A DNA stretch of 64,000 bases, taken from positions 12,661,175-12,725,174 of the forward strand of contig MU056000.1 in NCBI GenBank assembly GCA_013239625.1, given 5' to 3'. Source of the stretch: Lama guanicoe (taxonomy: Eukaryota). Below, piece by piece: positions 61,483 through 64,000 of this stretch (positions within the stretch are counted from its first letter, which is position 1; each line of letters opens with the position of its first letter). The notes under the pieces are model-generated. The model made no database searches. It saw nothing but the letters and a program-made list of their open reading frames with translations, and was not told where the DNA came from. A program made the translations under genes and the position numbers.

Positions 61483-64000
61483 TGAATGATCTGCTAGTAT
61501 GCCTTGGCTAGGTCTGTGTCCCACACTATTCTGGTAGATTCCTGGTATCATTATGTTGCTAGCAACTTCCTTTTTCTTTGGTTACAATAACCCAAAAGTT
61601 GAATTTTCTCCCCTACTCAGTCCCAACTTTGTTTCCTTATTGACAAAGTTGCCCACTAACTGTTTTTGTGTTGCACCATTTCTCTGTCTTTGTTTTTATT
61701 TGTCAATTCAAAATCCTGTGGAAGTCTTGGCATGTTGTTCTTTTCCAATGTGAGATATTCTCCCCTGAGAATTGCTGTAGGAAAAAAGAAAAATAGTGCA
61801 GAATACTTTTGCCAAATGTGTATAAATGTCTTGCGGTGAGAAGGGGTTTGTACATGTCTTGAATTTTGATGGGAAAAGAGGTTGCAGTGAAATTTTGCCT
61901 GGAGAACATCTATCCTGCTATAGAAGCCCTATTAGGCACAGGTCCACGAACCTTACCATCAAGCATATTTATAGTCTTACACATATGTGCATATGCAGTT
62001 ATTGTATATGTAGTTACAAATTATATGCATATGTTTCTGTGTACATTACAAGCACATGGGCAACAGAATTTCAGAAGGTCAAGATGAAAATAAAAATCGA
62101 TGTTCTAGTGTTTTTCTTATTCAGTCTGGTAAACTGCTTTGTGTGCTCTGGGGTGCACCTCCCACTCTGGAGAGCAAGTATCCCATTGGCTCTCGTAGCT
62201 GAGATGAGAGGCCGCCTGTTTTCCGCTTCACTAAGGTTTGGTTTTTTAATGGCTTCATAGAACACTGAGTCATATTTTTGTTCATTTGGGTGTGAGGATA
62301 CAGAATTAAACCTACGGGACATTATTTTCACTTGTGGCCTATGATGAGTTTAGGGAGCCTGGCGATTTCCACGATGAAGCAGGTTGTTGCTGGAGGACCA
62401 CCAAGCTGCTGCGGCTTGTTGGGGAGCGAGGGGCCTCATGGTCAGTGTTACAGTGCAAATCCCACAATGCCATGCCAATTTATTTTGGCACAAACTGAAT
62501 TTTATATTCCTTCTGATGACTGACTTGAGGCAAAACCGGTCACTTTTGAGGGAGTTTACGATTTTTCTAATTGCTACCCAGGAGCACCATTTAGCCGCTT
62601 TATGGTGGGTGCATGTCATTTTATGCTGCAGTGATGGGACCCAGCACCATGCATATAAGAAAGTGTCTAATCATCTCTCTACCATAAGTTTAAGACACTG
62701 TGATATCCCTTCCCTGCATAGTTGGATGTAAATTTTCATCTAAATATTGAGTAAAGTGATTGCAAATGTTAGTGATTAGACAGTGATAAACGTAGAGATT
62801 AGAAATCTTCCTAGCCCCTTTGCACTCACTGTTTTGTTGACACCCTCACCTAGTCTCAGCTTTTAAATACTTTCTCAGTTATTTGAAAGAAGAGAGAGAT
62901 CTGCCAAACCAGGTTTCACTTCTGAAAGGCTACTGTCACAAAAGGTGGTGTCAAGAAAACCAAAGTAATACATAATTTCTTTTAGAAATGCAGAGGAGAT
63001 GTGGTCAGCAAAAAGGGAAGGAAGATGTCCGAGGAGGGTCACTATCTCTTCTGCACTCGAAGAGACAGTAAATGGCAATTTGGGGAAAATTATCTGCCAG
63101 ACTGCATTCTTTCATCCCGATCTTGAACCTCACATCTACATTCATCTTAATCATGAAAATATGGAAGTGAATAGGATTAATTAGCACATTTTGAAATGGT
63201 ACCAAGATAGAGCCTATTTTAAAATCAAGTTAAGAACGGAATGAGTAGAAGTGGACTAGAAGAATAGAATAGAAGAATAGGTGAGTAAAGCAGTAACGCT
63301 CATTAGAAATATACAAACCATAACACAGTGCACAGATGGGCTGATATTTAATATTGGGCTGAAGGTCTGGAATGAACATAGAGTTTTACTGGAAATGGAA
63401 ATGGCATTTTACTGGCAAGCAGGAAAAGTAATAACTGGCTACTTGGGATAATTCCTAATTGAGGACTTAATAGACTTTGGCTTAATAGACACTTTTGAGA
63501 TTTGAGTTAAGCTAGGAAACTAATAGCTTTAATATTAATTAATCATGTTAGTGATAGATTAAAATATTTGAAGTAAAGTTGGTGGTGGTTTCTGAAACAG
63601 TTATGAAACATACTAGTAGGGTCAGTAATATCGACATTATATTGGTGGTTGAGAATGTATATTCTGAGTCCAATGAAGTACAGGGATACCAAGATTTGAT
63701 AAATTTGTTTAAGCCAGGCTAGGAACCATACGTTTACATTTGAGTTTCTGCCATCAACAGTGCATTTAACACGGCCAACAAATGTACTCTGGAGTGAGTA
63801 ACAAAATCAGAGCAGGAGGCACGAAAGTCAATATTCAGTATGCTTGAATAGGATATATGACTGCAACTTCGCAGGCCAAATTCAATATCTACTCTACTGT
63901 AAATTTTTGCCAAATATGTATTAATATTCATTATTCCTTCCAAGGCATTTTGGACATTAATAAAGACTCAAGGGAGAAATGGACACTTTGGCAACTTCGT

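Noticed and set aside
61826..62731. 144-aa and 115-aa ORFs
   Set aside because: No domain similarity; one crosses AT/GT-rich low-complexity sequence; ORFs of similar length occur on both strands, as expected by chance
63467..63490. Short micro-duplications such as cttaatagac x2 (also ~42986-43008)
   Set aside because: About 10-bp duplications are ordinary slippage products in AT-rich DNA

Overview
This is AT-rich, CpG-poor mammalian non-coding DNA, almost certainly camelid (alpaca/llama/camel): it carries three tRNA-Ala(AGC)-derived Vic-1-type SINEs and cetartiodactyl-type L1 3' ends. I find no credible host protein-coding gene, RNA gene or CRISPR array. The listed ORFs are chance ORFs or L1 ORF1/ORF2 remnants, so the window is a long intron or gene desert. 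It is densely populated by L1/HAL1, L2, MIR, MaLR/ERVL/ERV1 LTRs and DNA-transposon fossils (MER5A, MER20, MER53, MER58, MER96B, MER99-like, Tigger6a), separated by repeat-free islands that look like enhancers. The most notable observations are: (1) a TSD-flanked L1 whose ORF1/spacer is joined directly to the end of ORF2 (spliced or internally deleted); (2) an ERV1 3' end that stops at its poly(A) site with an A-tail and no U5 (probably L1-processed); (3) a 44-bp piece of an ancient Tigger copied 2.5 kb downstream; (4) a tandem duplication placing a DR1 and a DR2 nuclear-receptor element side by side; (5) a direct-plus-inverted duplication at an L1 5' junction; (6) a dimeric SINE; (7) two YAG|GTAAG recursive-splice-type sites plus several candidate non-coding exons on the + strand. 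Repeat family names come from remembered consensus sequences, not from a database search, and the boundaries of old repeats are approximate. I do not see evidence for a wholly new biological system.
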